Positions 9,978 through 20,288 of a DNA stretch of 64,000 nt are shown in pieces; positions within the stretch are counted from its first letter, which is position 1, and every line of letters begins with the position of its first letter. The stretch spans positions 61,190-125,189 of the forward strand of contig CAZDWJ010000008.1 of the NCBI GenBank assembly GCA_964509195.1. The letters run 5' to 3'. The position numbers and the translations under genes were made by a program. The notes beneath the pieces are model-generated. The model made no database searches. It was not told the origin of the DNA and worked only from the letters and a program-made list of their open reading frames with translations. Origin of the DNA: an uncultured Leptospira sp. (GTDB lineage: Bacteria; Spirochaetota; UBA4802; UB4802).

Positions 9978-12134
9978 TTATAATACTTTTTTTCTTATTG
10001 CGAATTGTTTTTTTTCGTGTGATATCGATTGCAATGTGTCTATCTGAGACATTATTTTTGTTAACGTCTTTGTGAGTGCTTCAGTATTTTCATATACGGA
10101 ATTGGTTATTTCAACAAGTTGATTTATAGTAGATGTTATCTGGCTAAGTGTAATTTTTTCCTCCTGTGTTGCAGTTGTTATCTGTGAAGAACCCTGCAAC
10201 ACGACTACCATATTCTCTTCAATGCTTTTAGTCAATTGCTCCTGAGACATACAAAAATCAAGGATAGTGTCTATTGCGTGATTAACCATATACACAGAAC
10301 GCTCAACATCTTCATTTGAATACACCACTGTGCCCATAAGTATTGTCTGGGTTTCAATATCAGAAACTATCTCAGATAAAATTGCCTGAATACTTTTTGA
10401 TTGTTCTAATGATCTATCAGCTAATTTTCCAATTTCATCAGCAACTACAGCAAAGCCCCGGCCATACTCGCCTGCACGTGCGGCCTCAATCGAAGCATTG
10501 AGTGATAAAAGGTTTGTCTTTTCCGCAATATCATTAATGGTTTCAGTTATCTTAAGTATGGTATCAGAATAATTTTTTATTTTTTCTATACCTCTAAGTG
10601 CTTCTGAAAGATGTTCCTTTGTTACCGCAGTTTGGCCTTGGCTTTTGTAACTGAGCTTAACTGCCGTTTTGGCAGCATCGGTAATATGGTTGATGCCTTT
10701 GATTAATTCCATCAGAAGTTCCTTGTTTTTATTAAGCACTGTATCCTGATGCTGTGAGTTAGATGCAATAATATCTACTGTTGATGAAAATTCCTCCAGT
10801 GCTGCTGATGTCTGCTCTATACTAGATGTTTGGTCATGCATGCTGTGTTGCAGAACCTGTGCTGAACGTTCAACTTCCTTTGCAACCTGCTGTAATTCTG
10901 CAATTGACTGATTAATTTTTTGTAAGATTTGTATCAAATCTGCATTCTTTTTTTCAATGTATAGTTTTGAATCAAGGAGTTCCTCAGCAAGTGTTGCGGA
11001 TCGTTGAGACAGTATGGCACCTATACCTAAAATTAGTGCCGGATAACCTAAATTAAGCCAGAAAAAATTTGCATACAATACACCTGAAACAGCAAGTGAA
11101 TCATGTGCTACACATAGCATCATAAAAAGGTACGGGATTAACAGTGTTTTAGCTTCCTTTTGATTTTTTCGTATGCCTTTTATAATGAGTATTCCCCACA
11201 GTATCTGAACGGTAAGCCCAAAGGTTCCTATGACCTCAAACCTCCAGCCTGTAACAGGATCGTTTTCTGTTGCTGAAAGGCTTAGAATGATCATGCATGC
11301 AGCTGTAACTGTAATCACAATCCTGAGTGTTTTGTTAAAACTGGCTGTCACATTTTCAAAGAAGAAATATACAACGATAGCAATAACTGCAGTCAGGGCG
11401 TAGTATATTTTATCCTGTGTATTGAAATCAATAATCCAAAAATGCGGTAAGTAAAAATGCATTGCACTTACACACCACACTAGCGAAATAATTGCAAAAT
11501 ACAGTGTCAGCTTATCTTTGTTTTTCAAATAAAAATACAAAGCAATAATGCCTAAAATAAATGTGAGAAAACTTGTAGCAAGTGGTATATATTCGGCAAG
11601 TAAGGAACGGTAAAAATTTATTACTTTAGCATTAGACAGTGTGGTAATTAAAGGTACTCCATTATATTCAGCATTCTGGTTACTGAACACTCTTATGGCA
11701 ATAACATTTGGCTGGTTATAATTAATGATATGTGAAGGAATACTATAATACCTGAAACTGTTCCATTCAGAGTGGAAGTTTGGGTATTCGCTGCCAGCAG
11801 AGCCAATTTTGTAGCCATTGAAGAAAGTTTGTTCCACATCCCACACTTTGCCTAGTACAAATGCAATGTCATGCTTTTTAAATGATTCTGGTATTACTAC
11901 TGATTTCCTGAGCCATAGATACTGTTTTGTTTTTTTAGGCGATAGTTTCCCGGGAAGGGTAATTGGTTGCAGTGATGAATCATCAAATCCAGGATTTACA
12001 ATTGAAGAATTGTCGCCAGAATATATCTTCCAGTCAGAGTGAATGTCAATAACTGGAACGCCTGTATCACAGCCAGCAGTAATAAGCAAAAATATGAATA
12101 TGGTTATATACTGAAGTAAGATAGATACCTTCAT
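9978..12134 (-). CDS. Methyl-accepting chemotaxis protein with 7TMR-DISM sensor
   Basis: Lipoprotein-type signal (LLITAGC) after a Met with an AGGAAT RBS. A periplasmic domain is followed by a 7-TM block, then a coiled-coil MCP signalling domain ([26 protein letters not shown]). The ORF track extends 93 nt further upstream. Confidence 0.75.
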   Translation of the reverse strand: MKVSILLQYITIFIFLLITAGCDTGVPVIDIHSDWKIYSGDNSSIVNPGFDDSSLQPITLPGKLSPKKTKQYLWLRKSVVIPESFKKHDIAFVLGKVWDVEQTFFNGYKIGSAGSEYPNFHSEWNSFRYYSIPSHIINYNQPNVIAIRVFSNQNAEYNGVPLITTLSNAKVINFYRSLLAEYIPLATSFLTFILGIIALYFYLKNKDKLTLYFAIISLVWCVSAMHFYLPHFWIIDFNTQDKIYYALTAVIAIVVYFFFENVTASFNKTLRIVITVTAACMIILSLSATENDPVTGWRFEVIGTFGLTVQILWGILIIKGIRKNQKEAKTLLIPYLFMMLCVAHDSLAVSGVLYANFFWLNLGYPALILGIGAILSQRSATLAEELLDSKLYIEKKNADLIQILQKINQSIAELQQVAKEVERSAQVLQHSMHDQTSSIEQTSAALEEFSSTVDIIASNSQHQDTVLNKNKELLMELIKGINHITDAAKTAVKLSYKSQGQTAVTKEHLSEALRGIEKIKNYSDTILKITETINDIAEKTNLLSLNASIEAARAGEYGRGFAVVADEIGKLADRSLEQSKSIQAILSEIVSDIETQTILMGTVVYSNEDVERSVYMVNHAIDTILDFCMSQEQLTKSIEENMVVVLQGSSQITTATQEEKITLSQITSTINQLVEITNSVYENTEALTKTLTKIMSQIDTLQSISHEKKQFAIRKKVL

Positions 12135-12261
12135 TAGTATTCCTAAAAATAAACTGGTGAGATAAATCGCTGTGAATTTTTTATCAAATACAAACGAATA
12201 TGTCAACAATATAAAAAGGAGTGTCAATATAAATTTTATCTTTATCTAACAAAGAAGTCAT

Positions 12262-12293
12262 ACTACATAGAAATGGGGTGCACCGCACCCCAT
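12262..12293 (-). terminator. GC-rich hairpin terminator downstream of the Zn-peptidase gene
   Basis: ATGGGGTGC-ACC-GCACCCCAT forms a 9-bp GC-rich stem, followed on the minus strand by a moderately U-rich tract. Confidence 0.5.
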
Positions 12294-12319
12294 CTGCATT
12301 CTAACTTTGTTTGCTTTAT

Positions 12320-13018
12320 TTACTCATCTCTTCCACCAAGCAGTCCAGCTCTGATAAGGAAATACAACAGTGTCACTATTGCGGAAGCTGCAGCTGCCAC
12401 ATAGGTCATGGCGGCAGCGGAAAGCACTTTACTTACTCCTGCAAGTTCACCAGAGCTTACAATGCCATAGCCCTGAAGTATTTCCTTTGCACGGGATGAC
12501 GCGTTGAATTCAACCGGCAATGTAATAAGCTGGAACACCACCACTAAACTGAAGAGCAATATCCCAAGCTTAACAAGCCCAAGTGATCCCATGATAAACC
12601 CTGCAAAGATGATGATCCATGAAAGGTTTGAACCAATTGATGCAGTTGGTGCAATTGCATTACGTAGCACAAGTGGGCTGTACTGTTTAGCATGCTGTAT
12701 GGCATGACCTGTTTCATGAGCCGCAACGCCAATTGCAGCCAGTGAATTGCTATTATATACCTCAGGCGAAAGCCTTACTACTTTCTTGATTGGGTCATAG
12801 TGATCTGATAAAAATCCAGTGGTTTCTTCAACAGGTATATGGGACAATCCATTTCGCTGTAGAATGATTCGTGCAACATCAGCACCAGAGTACCCCGACC
12901 GTGATGGAATTTGAGAATATTTATTAAACGCACTTTTTACCCTGAACGATGCCCAAAGAGAAATAAGCAATACAGGAGCCATCATCATCCAGTATAAAGG
13001 GTCAATCCCAAAAAGCAT
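12320..13018 (-). CDS. Membrane zinc metallopeptidase, YugP-like (Zn_peptidase_2)
   Basis: HETGHAIQH motif, TM helices at both ends, 232 aa, and a strong AAGGAGG RBS. Confidence 0.65.
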   Translation of the reverse strand: MLFGIDPLYWMMMAPVLLISLWASFRVKSAFNKYSQIPSRSGYSGADVARIILQRNGLSHIPVEETTGFLSDHYDPIKKVVRLSPEVYNSNSLAAIGVAAHETGHAIQHAKQYSPLVLRNAIAPTASIGSNLSWIIIFAGFIMGSLGLVKLGILLFSLVVVFQLITLPVEFNASSRAKEILQGYGIVSSGELAGVSKVLSAAAMTYVAAAASAIVTLLYFLIRAGLLGGRDE

Positions 13019-13299
13019 TTGTTACCTCCTTAAATGTTTTAGTATACTCAAGTATTAATGGTTCTATTAATGGTTCCTTCCAACACATCTTTACTTTACT
13101 ACATGCAATGTATAATATACAAAAATTCTTTACATATGCAAAGTATTTTTGTATCAATCCTTTTGTTTTTGTTACAAAATTATTACCAGTTTTATCTCCT
13201 GCTATTTTATATTTGACAGTTACTGGAAATAGTATATATTGTAATATACCTTTAATAACCAGGAATATCGCTTAATAATAGTATAAAGGAATTATTGCC

Positions 13300-15156
13300 A
13301 TGAAAAGATCCCTGCCCTTGTTGCTAAGTATTATACTTTCCTGTACCTCCGTTCAGAATGTTCAAAAGGGTAGTATAACTAAACCTGTTTATAAAGAAAC
13401 ATCATTTGAGTTGTACAGTAGAGCGTTATTGCTAAAAAATGAAAAGAATTACTCAGAGGCTATTTCCCTTTTTGAAGAAGCAAGCAAAGAAGGCAGGGAG
13501 TTAGATGCCATTTATTATCAGATTGCTGAATGTTATTATTATCTGTATGATTATGAAAAGGCGATAGATTATGCAAATAAATCAATAGCTATAAATGAAA
13601 ACTGGGATAAGCCTTACCTGTTGCAGTATTCAGTGTATATGAACCTGAATCAAATTGATGAAGGTACTTTAGTACTTGAAAAACTGTTACAGAAAAGACC
13701 TGAGTTGTACAGAGTTCGATTTAATCTGGCTACCGTCTATTATTCACAACTGAAACAGAATATTAAAGCCCGGTATCATTTTTTAAAAATTATCGAACAG
13801 AGTGAATTTGAATCAATTGAATCCTACTACAAAGAGCAATCATATTACTATTTGGGGCATATATATTACAGCTTTGGTGAATATAAAAAATCATATCACT
13901 TCTTTTCAAAGTCATATAATGAAAACCCCGAAAACCATTCCATGGTATATATACTTGGCCTTTTAAATCTTGAGAAAGGGGATATAACTCAGGCAACCAG
14001 CTTACTATCACAATATCTGGATCGCTATCCTAATGATCTCAAAGCCATATTGCATCTTGGCAGGATATATTATATCTATGAAGATATGAAAGCCTTGCAA
14101 GTGTTACGAAAGGCCATCCATCACAGGAGCTCTGAAGGGTTGCTGGCGCGAATGATGTATCTGGAACTTTTGCACAAAGATGATGAAGCTATGGAAATTG
14201 CTCAGAAATTAAAACGCATGAACAGCTCTCTAGATATGCCATATATTACAATAGCGCGTATTGCAATGAGGAAGCAGGACACTGCTACTGCTGCATCAAA
14301 TTTTTATACTGCCGGAGTATTGTTATATCAGAAAAAAGATAATAATGCAGCCATACCCATGTTTATCAAGGCACTGGGGATGGACCAAAATATACAGGAG
14401 GCAAATCTCTACTTAGGTCAAATATATGAAGATTTAAACCAGCTTAATACAGCCATCTATTATTATACTAAAGCAAAAACATCTAAAAATGAAAAAGACA
14501 TTTTACTGAGAGTAGGATATCTGTATGCACTGTTGAAGGATTATACTAAAGCATTTGAATATATGAATGCAGCGCAGGCAATGGATACAAAATATCCTGA
14601 TGCATATTTTTTCAAAGGTCTGGTATATTTAAAGAAAAATAGTTATAGTGAAGCTGAAGATATGTTGCGCAAAGCGGTTAATTTAAAAAAGGATGAAATG
14701 TATTATTTTTACTTAGCATCAGTTCTTGATAAACAGAAAAGAGTGCAGGATACTATCGCCATACTCCAGGAAGCCTGCGATAATGAGCTAAAAAGTGCCC
14801 GTATATGCAACTACCTTGGCTATTTATATGCAGATAATGGCATAAAATTAGATGAATCATATACGCTTATCAGTAGGGCCCTGGAAAGCGAACCAACCAA
14901 CGGTGCATATCTTGATTCGCTGGGGTGGGTATATTATAAAATGGGGAAATATCATGATGCGCTGCCATTATTACTTGAAGCTGCACAGGAATTGGAATTG
15001 GAAGGATACCCTGATGCAGTAGTGTATGAACATATAGGTGATGCCTACAATGCACTGCAATTACAGGATAAAGCTGTTGAGTACTGGAATAAATCATACA
15101 CTCTTGACCCAAAACCTGAAGTGCAAAGAAAGATACATACTCAGAAAGGGAAGTAA
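13300..15156 (+). CDS. TPR-repeat lipoprotein
   Basis: Signal peptide with LSC lipobox, followed by many 34-aa TPR-like repeats. 618 aa. Confidence 0.7.
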   Translation: MKRSLPLLLSIILSCTSVQNVQKGSITKPVYKETSFELYSRALLLKNEKNYSEAISLFEEASKEGRELDAIYYQIAECYYYLYDYEKAIDYANKSIAINENWDKPYLLQYSVYMNLNQIDEGTLVLEKLLQKRPELYRVRFNLATVYYSQLKQNIKARYHFLKIIEQSEFESIESYYKEQSYYYLGHIYYSFGEYKKSYHFFSKSYNENPENHSMVYILGLLNLEKGDITQATSLLSQYLDRYPNDLKAILHLGRIYYIYEDMKALQVLRKAIHHRSSEGLLARMMYLELLHKDDEAMEIAQKLKRMNSSLDMPYITIARIAMRKQDTATAASNFYTAGVLLYQKKDNNAAIPMFIKALGMDQNIQEANLYLGQIYEDLNQLNTAIYYYTKAKTSKNEKDILLRVGYLYALLKDYTKAFEYMNAAQAMDTKYPDAYFFKGLVYLKKNSYSEAEDMLRKAVNLKKDEMYYFYLASVLDKQKRVQDTIAILQEACDNELKSARICNYLGYLYADNGIKLDESYTLISRALESEPTNGAYLDSLGWVYYKMGKYHDALPLLLEAAQELELEGYPDAVVYEHIGDAYNALQLQDKAVEYWNKSYTLDPKPEVQRKIHTQKGK

Positions 15157-15163
15157 TGATACC

Positions 15164-15955
15164 ATGATTGCAATATATAAGAACAAATTACTGCCAATAG
15201 CCATATTATATTTAGTTGTCTTTTTGGGATGTACATCCACACCAGTGAAAGAAACTGAAAAAAAAGAAACTAATGCCATAGCACTTTTAGAAAAAATAAT
15301 ACAATTAAATGCCACGTTGCCGCATACAGTGTCTGCGTCGTTCAGGATTGAGAGCATGTCCAAAAATAGTTTCAAGACTTCGGCAAAATTGCAGTATAAC
15401 GTGGATACAAAGAAAGCACGAATGTCAATTGTGGATTCGGTATTTGGCAGCCAGCTCAGTGTGGTAGTACGTGACAATGATACGCTGTACATTTATCAGC
15501 CTATTGATAATAACTTGCTTGTGTTTGATTATTCTAAGTTCCCAGTGCACTCATTCCTGCCGTTTGATATAGATGTTGAACTTATTGATAATCTTTTAAT
15601 AGGGAAAATTCCATTGTTGAAAAATTACTATGCTACTAAAGCTTTAGAATCTGATGGTGAGCAATTTATACTGCTGGAAAATGATACAATGCATCAAACC
15701 ATATCAATGAAAAATGCTATGCTCACAAAGATTTTATTTGTGCAAAAAGGAAGCAATGCCCGATATGAGATATATTTTATTAAGCCAAAGGTAGAAAATA
15801 ATATCTTTACCTGTACTGCAATACGATTTGTTGATGTTACCGGTAAAACAACCTTTGAAGTGACCATGCAGCAGTACACTATTAATGCTAGTGTGCCTGA
15901 TGGGATTGCGGAATTGAAATTGCCCAAAAATACAAAAATAATAGATTACCGATAG
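15164..15955 (+). CDS. Lipoprotein of unknown function (LolA-like size)
   Basis: ATG at 15164 gives MIAIYKNKLLPIAILYLVVFLGC with an FLGC lipobox, and has a GGGAAG RBS. The ORF track's longer version (from 15038) overlaps the TPR gene and was not used. Confidence 0.5.
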   Translation: MIAIYKNKLLPIAILYLVVFLGCTSTPVKETEKKETNAIALLEKIIQLNATLPHTVSASFRIESMSKNSFKTSAKLQYNVDTKKARMSIVDSVFGSQLSVVVRDNDTLYIYQPIDNNLLVFDYSKFPVHSFLPFDIDVELIDNLLIGKIPLLKNYYATKALESDGEQFILLENDTMHQTISMKNAMLTKILFVQKGSNARYEIYFIKPKVENNIFTCTAIRFVDVTGKTTFEVTMQQYTINASVPDGIAELKLPKNTKIIDYR

Positions 15956-17181
15956 TACTCAGATATAATATTTTGATATATAGTTGCCATTTGCATAGCG
16001 GCATTGTCCCAGTTGAAAAGTGTTTTTACACGCTGAATACCCTTGTGCGATAGCTCCTGTAGCAATGTTCTGTTGTGTAGTAGCCTGTCGATGGCATTAG
16101 CCAGTGCCACCTCATCACGGGTAGGCACAACAACTCCAGCATCGCCAACCACTTCCCTCAACGCACCACCGTCACTGGCAATAACTGGTGTACCGCATGC
16201 CATAGCCTCGGCAGCAGGAAAGCCAAACCCCTCGTACACAGACGGCACAATGGCTATTGCAGCTTCATTATAGTGATGCACCAGCTCATCAGTTGAGGCG
16301 GCGCCTACAAATTCTACTTTAGTGCGTACACCTAATGTATCAACAAGCTTCTGGGTGATGCGTCGGTGTGGAGCACCACCATCAATCACTGTCAATGTGG
16401 CCTTGCTTTTAATAAGGGTCAGAGCTTTTAAAAGATATACAAATCCTTTTTTGCCATCTTCAACATTTCCAACAAACAAAAGCTTGTCTGGCTTTTTCTT
16501 AACATGTGGAAGTTTTCTAAAAATTGAGGTATCTAACCCATTATATACCACTGACTGTTTGTGAGGAGGAACGCCAAAATCTTTTGTAATTCTGTTTTTT
16601 GAATCTTCCGAAACTGTAATGATATGGTTAAGCCTTTTTGAAACAATTTGCTGCATTAAAATAGGATAAAACATGACGCCTTTTATTCTGTTAGTAAACG
16701 ATGATGCACGCTCAAGCACATTTTCTAGGTCAATAGTTAATGGATGATGGATAGTGGCTATTACAGGAATACCTAAGGCTTTCATAAAAAGAAGGCCATA
16801 GCCAATACACTGATTGTCATGAATGATGTCAAACTGGAGTTTTTGGTGGAGCTTTCGCAGCATAAAAAAAGCACGATAGCTGAAACCGCTTATTTCAGAG
16901 AACGCACCAAACCGTGAGTGGATATATTCGTATGCGTTAATAGGATTAAAAATATCAAATGGCTTATCCTGTGTGATGAATTCAAAACCTTTTTTGATAT
17001 AGTATTGATTATTTTCTATATAGTGAATGGTAACATTTTCCATTTTGTGTGGATAGGGAGGGCCCACAACTGCATGCACCTGATGCCCCTGACGGGCAAG
17101 AGCTTCCGCTACATATTTAAGGTAAATACCCTGTCCTCCGCAAAAAGGGTTTGCCCTGTAACACAAAAGGCATATCCTCAT
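15946..17181 (-). CDS. Glycosyltransferase family 1 (GT4-type)
   Basis: C-terminal EGFGFPAAEAMACGTPVIASDGGALREVV nucleotide-sugar-binding motif. 411 aa. Confidence 0.8.
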   Translation of the reverse strand: MRICLLCYRANPFCGGQGIYLKYVAEALARQGHQVHAVVGPPYPHKMENVTIHYIENNQYYIKKGFEFITQDKPFDIFNPINAYEYIHSRFGAFSEISGFSYRAFFMLRKLHQKLQFDIIHDNQCIGYGLLFMKALGIPVIATIHHPLTIDLENVLERASSFTNRIKGVMFYPILMQQIVSKRLNHIITVSEDSKNRITKDFGVPPHKQSVVYNGLDTSIFRKLPHVKKKPDKLLFVGNVEDGKKGFVYLLKALTLIKSKATLTVIDGGAPHRRITQKLVDTLGVRTKVEFVGAASTDELVHHYNEAAIAIVPSVYEGFGFPAAEAMACGTPVIASDGGALREVVGDAGVVVPTRDEVALANAIDRLLHNRTLLQELSHKGIQRVKTLFNWDNAAMQMATIYQNIISEYYR

Positions 17182-17813
17182 ATACGTGGTGCTCCCACCT
17201 TTTGATACAGTGTGCTATGAGTGATAACCTTCTCAGGGTCAATATCTTTTATAATCCGTGCAGGATTACCTGCCACAACAACATTTGGCGGTACATCCTT
17301 TGTTACTACGGCACCTGCGCCAACAACAGAGTTTTCGCCTATATGCACACCTTTGCAAATAATAGCAGAATCACCAATCCAAACACCCTTTTCAAGAATA
17401 ATTGGTGCAGTTTTGCCAATAGGATTGGTGCGGTCATGTATGTCATGCCAGTCGGCATCAGTAAGATAGCAAAAGTTTGCTAGCATACAGTCATCACCAA
17501 TAATAATATGCGATGCACTGCTGATGCGCACACCGTTCATAACAAGCACATTATTGCCAATATCAATACGCCCTTCGTGCCCGGCCAGCCTTACAGTTGT
17601 TAACGCAGTTTTGCTGCCATTTGCAGCCAAAAAGACCACATTTTTTCCAAGGTGTATGTTGGGACCATATATATCGATATTCCATAAGCCCCACACAATG
17701 GGATTACCTGCAATGGAAGCAAATTTCTTTTTATACGATAGCTCCCAGTATAAACGGGTTTTTATGTTAAACACCAATCGTTTGAATGCTGATACTTTGA
17801 GATAGTTTTCCAT
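17178..17813 (-). CDS. Hexapeptide-repeat (LbH) sugar O-acetyltransferase
   Basis: Left-handed beta-helix hexapeptide repeats (IGDDCMLANFCYLTDADWHDIHDR...IGDSAIICKGVHIGENSVVGAGAVV). It overlaps the GT gene start by 4 nt, so they probably form an operon. Confidence 0.75.
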   Translation of the reverse strand: MENYLKVSAFKRLVFNIKTRLYWELSYKKKFASIAGNPIVWGLWNIDIYGPNIHLGKNVVFLAANGSKTALTTVRLAGHEGRIDIGNNVLVMNGVRISSASHIIIGDDCMLANFCYLTDADWHDIHDRTNPIGKTAPIILEKGVWIGDSAIICKGVHIGENSVVGAGAVVTKDVPPNVVVAGNPARIIKDIDPEKVITHSTLYQKVGAPRI

Positions 17814-17884
17814 AAAAAGTCCTTGTTTTAGTGATTACAGGCACACTATTCAAATTTGATACACCGTCAAGAGAATTTTTATTG

Positions 17885-17925
17885 TTCAAATAGAAAACCA
17901 ACTGGTAAAATTATATCCCAGTTGG
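17885..17925 (-). terminator. Rho-independent terminator downstream of the OMP gene
   Basis: CCAACTGG-N12-CCAGTTGG stem, followed on the minus strand by UUUUCUAUUUG. Confidence 0.55.
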
Positions 17926-17971
17926 TGTGCATTGTAAAAAATAATTGTTACAGTGATAATGATTTGCGCGT

Positions 17972-18796
17972 TTACAATTTTGTACTTACACCAAAGTCAG
18001 CCCACAGGTGATTTTTTAATTTGCTGGCTTTGCCATTGGCATCACCATCATAGTCAATAAAAAAGTCTCTTGCAATTGTGCGTGCATAATTTACTGCCGA
18101 AAAGAACGTAATGCCTTGATAATCATAAAGTGATGAAAATGTTACTCCGCTGTCACTGAAGCCTTTCCTATCAAAATAGGCATTATTGTAGTATGCTATC
18201 CATATGCCGGCTTTAAATGTAAAATTGTTTGCATTCACCAAATCTTTAAAAAGAGTACCTTTAATATATAGGTCCTGATTGACTGGTGTTTCATCGGCCG
18301 TTTCTTCCACATAGTAATCATAGTATACTTCAAGGGTAGGCACAAAATATGAACTATAACTTGCAATTACATATCCTTCAAAGAAGGATGGATCAACTGT
18401 TGCACCTGCACTATCATAAAATGGATAATGAGTATATTTTACTCCAATAGTGCTACTCAATGAATCTTTACTGTAAGCATATTCAATACCGTAGTCAAAC
18501 TCATGATATGTTTTAGCAAGTTTTCTATCACCTTTTTCAGTTGCCATCAAGTAATCCTGGTTGATACCCACAGTAACATATGCTGTTACTCCACTCAATT
18601 CCAGTCCCACTTTTGGCCATAGAACTCCAGCACCCTTGCCATTTAACTCAATACCACGCCACCAGTAGATACTGTTATAGGTAATGCTGAGCGGAAAATA
18701 TAATTTTTTTTCATCTGAGTAGCTTTTACCTGTAACAATAAAGAGACATGTTACACTAAACAAACATAGAATAAGTGTACTGATACTTTTTTTCAT
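17972..18796 (-). CDS. Putative outer-membrane beta-barrel protein
   Basis: Signal peptide, alternating aromatic/hydrophilic beta-strand pattern, C-terminal aromatic residue, and an AAGGAG RBS. Confidence 0.45.
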   Translation of the reverse strand: MKKSISTLILCLFSVTCLFIVTGKSYSDEKKLYFPLSITYNSIYWWRGIELNGKGAGVLWPKVGLELSGVTAYVTVGINQDYLMATEKGDRKLAKTYHEFDYGIEYAYSKDSLSSTIGVKYTHYPFYDSAGATVDPSFFEGYVIASYSSYFVPTLEVYYDYYVEETADETPVNQDLYIKGTLFKDLVNANNFTFKAGIWIAYYNNAYFDRKGFSDSGVTFSSLYDYQGITFFSAVNYARTIARDFFIDYDGDANGKASKLKNHLWADFGVSTKL

Positions 18797-18831
18797 AATA
18801 AACTCCTTTTAAAAAATTTTAAATTTTACAA

Positions 18832-18857
18832 CGCACATATATGTGCGTTTTTTTTAT
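18832..18857 (+). terminator. Palindromic hairpin plus T8 (plus-strand-oriented terminator-like element)
   Basis: ACGCACATATATGTGCGT followed by TTTTTTTT. No plus-strand gene lies upstream, so it may terminate an antisense or ncRNA transcript or act as an insulator. Confidence 0.45.
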
Positions 18858-19212
18858 AGTTAGAAAATAATAATGTTGTCAACAACTGGCTATTTCCCGG
18901 GAGGTTTTAATAGGGTTATTTAACATAGTAGAAATATATATGTAATCTTACTGTAATAAATGGTTTAAGAATACGGTAGCGTTGTGATGTTTTTTATATT
19001 ACTATCCGGATTTACTATGGGGCTGTCCTACAAGTTGTCGTTGTGTAAATGTCGCAAACATTTTATTGTAAAAACGCTCATTTGGATATAATTTTGCCAC
19101 AATGCGTGGCAAAATTACTCAATGAGCGCTATAAAATTTTTATCCAAACAACTTTCTAAACAGCCCTTTAAAGGGGAGGTTATAGAATAATTCCTAGTTC
19201 AGGAAAAAACAT

Positions 19213-20190
19213 TCACTTCTTAGCTAGATCGCTAAGAAATACAGTAATAGCTTTTTCTGCTTTGCCCCAGTCAGATTTGACATATTTTGATAACAGGACA
19301 TGATCCCCATTTTCAATTGCAACTTTTCTGCTTAAAGAATGGGGATTTCCATTGTTAAATGTATCGTAAGCCTTCAGCATTGCCTCAACCTGGGCAGAAC
19401 CGTCTTTGTGTTTGTCATCTTTATAATAATAGAGTAGGAGTACAGGACATGAAACTTTTTTGTAAATATCATCATTAGCAATTAGATCTCCAAGATCTAG
19501 CAATGAATGAAGTGATGCCCAGTAATTTTTTTGATACCAGTACATAGTCCAATTATCTTTAGGATCATCATACGGATCATGTCGTTCACGGTAGGTAGTA
19601 AATAGTAACACGGTTTTAAAAAAAGGCCTGAAAAACAGGGCATTCCCTACTGGATTTGCAAAGCGGTAGAATGGTGATACCAGTACAATAGCATCAGGTA
19701 TATCTGGATGCTCTGCGGCAATATAGGTTGCGATGCCTCCCCCCATACTTGTGCCAATGATTACCAGCTTATCTCCCAAAAGTTTTGTCATCTGTGCAGC
19801 TTCTATAGCAGTGTCAAGAAGCTGGTAGTATTCTGTGTTTTTATGATCATCCATGGTGGTACCATGGCCGGGCAATCGCAAATAGTAAGTATTATATTTT
19901 AATTTTTTGGCGATAGTATCTATCACAAATTGGCCCTCACCACGGGAAGCACCATAACCGTGAATGTAGAGCATTGCTATTTTTGTTTTGGGAGCAAACT
20001 TTAAAAGTTTTTCCTCATTGTTAGGTCGAACTCCTTTTTCTTTACTTTCTTTGAGTTTTAATGTGTAATATTCATCAAATGTAGCAGGAAGTTTTTTTTG
20101 ATTGTATGTATAGGTTATATGTGATTGATACGCATCAACTGCAATGAGTGCAGCAATTACAATAGCAAGTCCTATTAATATTTTTTTCAT
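19213..20190 (-). CDS. Secreted alpha/beta-hydrolase
   Basis: Signal peptide, GTSMGG nucleophile elbow (GxSxG), and an AGGAGG RBS. Confidence 0.6.
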   Translation of the reverse strand: MKKILIGLAIVIAALIAVDAYQSHITYTYNQKKLPATFDEYYTLKLKESKEKGVRPNNEEKLLKFAPKTKIAMLYIHGYGASRGEGQFVIDTIAKKLKYNTYYLRLPGHGTTMDDHKNTEYYQLLDTAIEAAQMTKLLGDKLVIIGTSMGGGIATYIAAEHPDIPDAIVLVSPFYRFANPVGNALFFRPFFKTVLLFTTYRERHDPYDDPKDNWTMYWYQKNYWASLHSLLDLGDLIANDDIYKKVSCPVLLLYYYKDDKHKDGSAQVEAMLKAYDTFNNGNPHSLSRKVAIENGDHVLLSKYVKSDWGKAEKAITVFLSDLAKK

Positions 20191-20288
20191 ATGGGTCCTC
20201 CTAAGATAATTATTCGATATCGATAAAATAATAAGATATTGAACAGATTAAGTAAAGAAATTTTTAAAAATTTTTTCTTTTTACTATC

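Noticed and set aside
15038-15163. 5' extension of the lipoprotein ORF overlapping the TPR gene by 120 nt
   Set aside because: The extension has no RBS. The internal ATG at 15164 gives a textbook lipoprotein signal and is preceded by an RBS.
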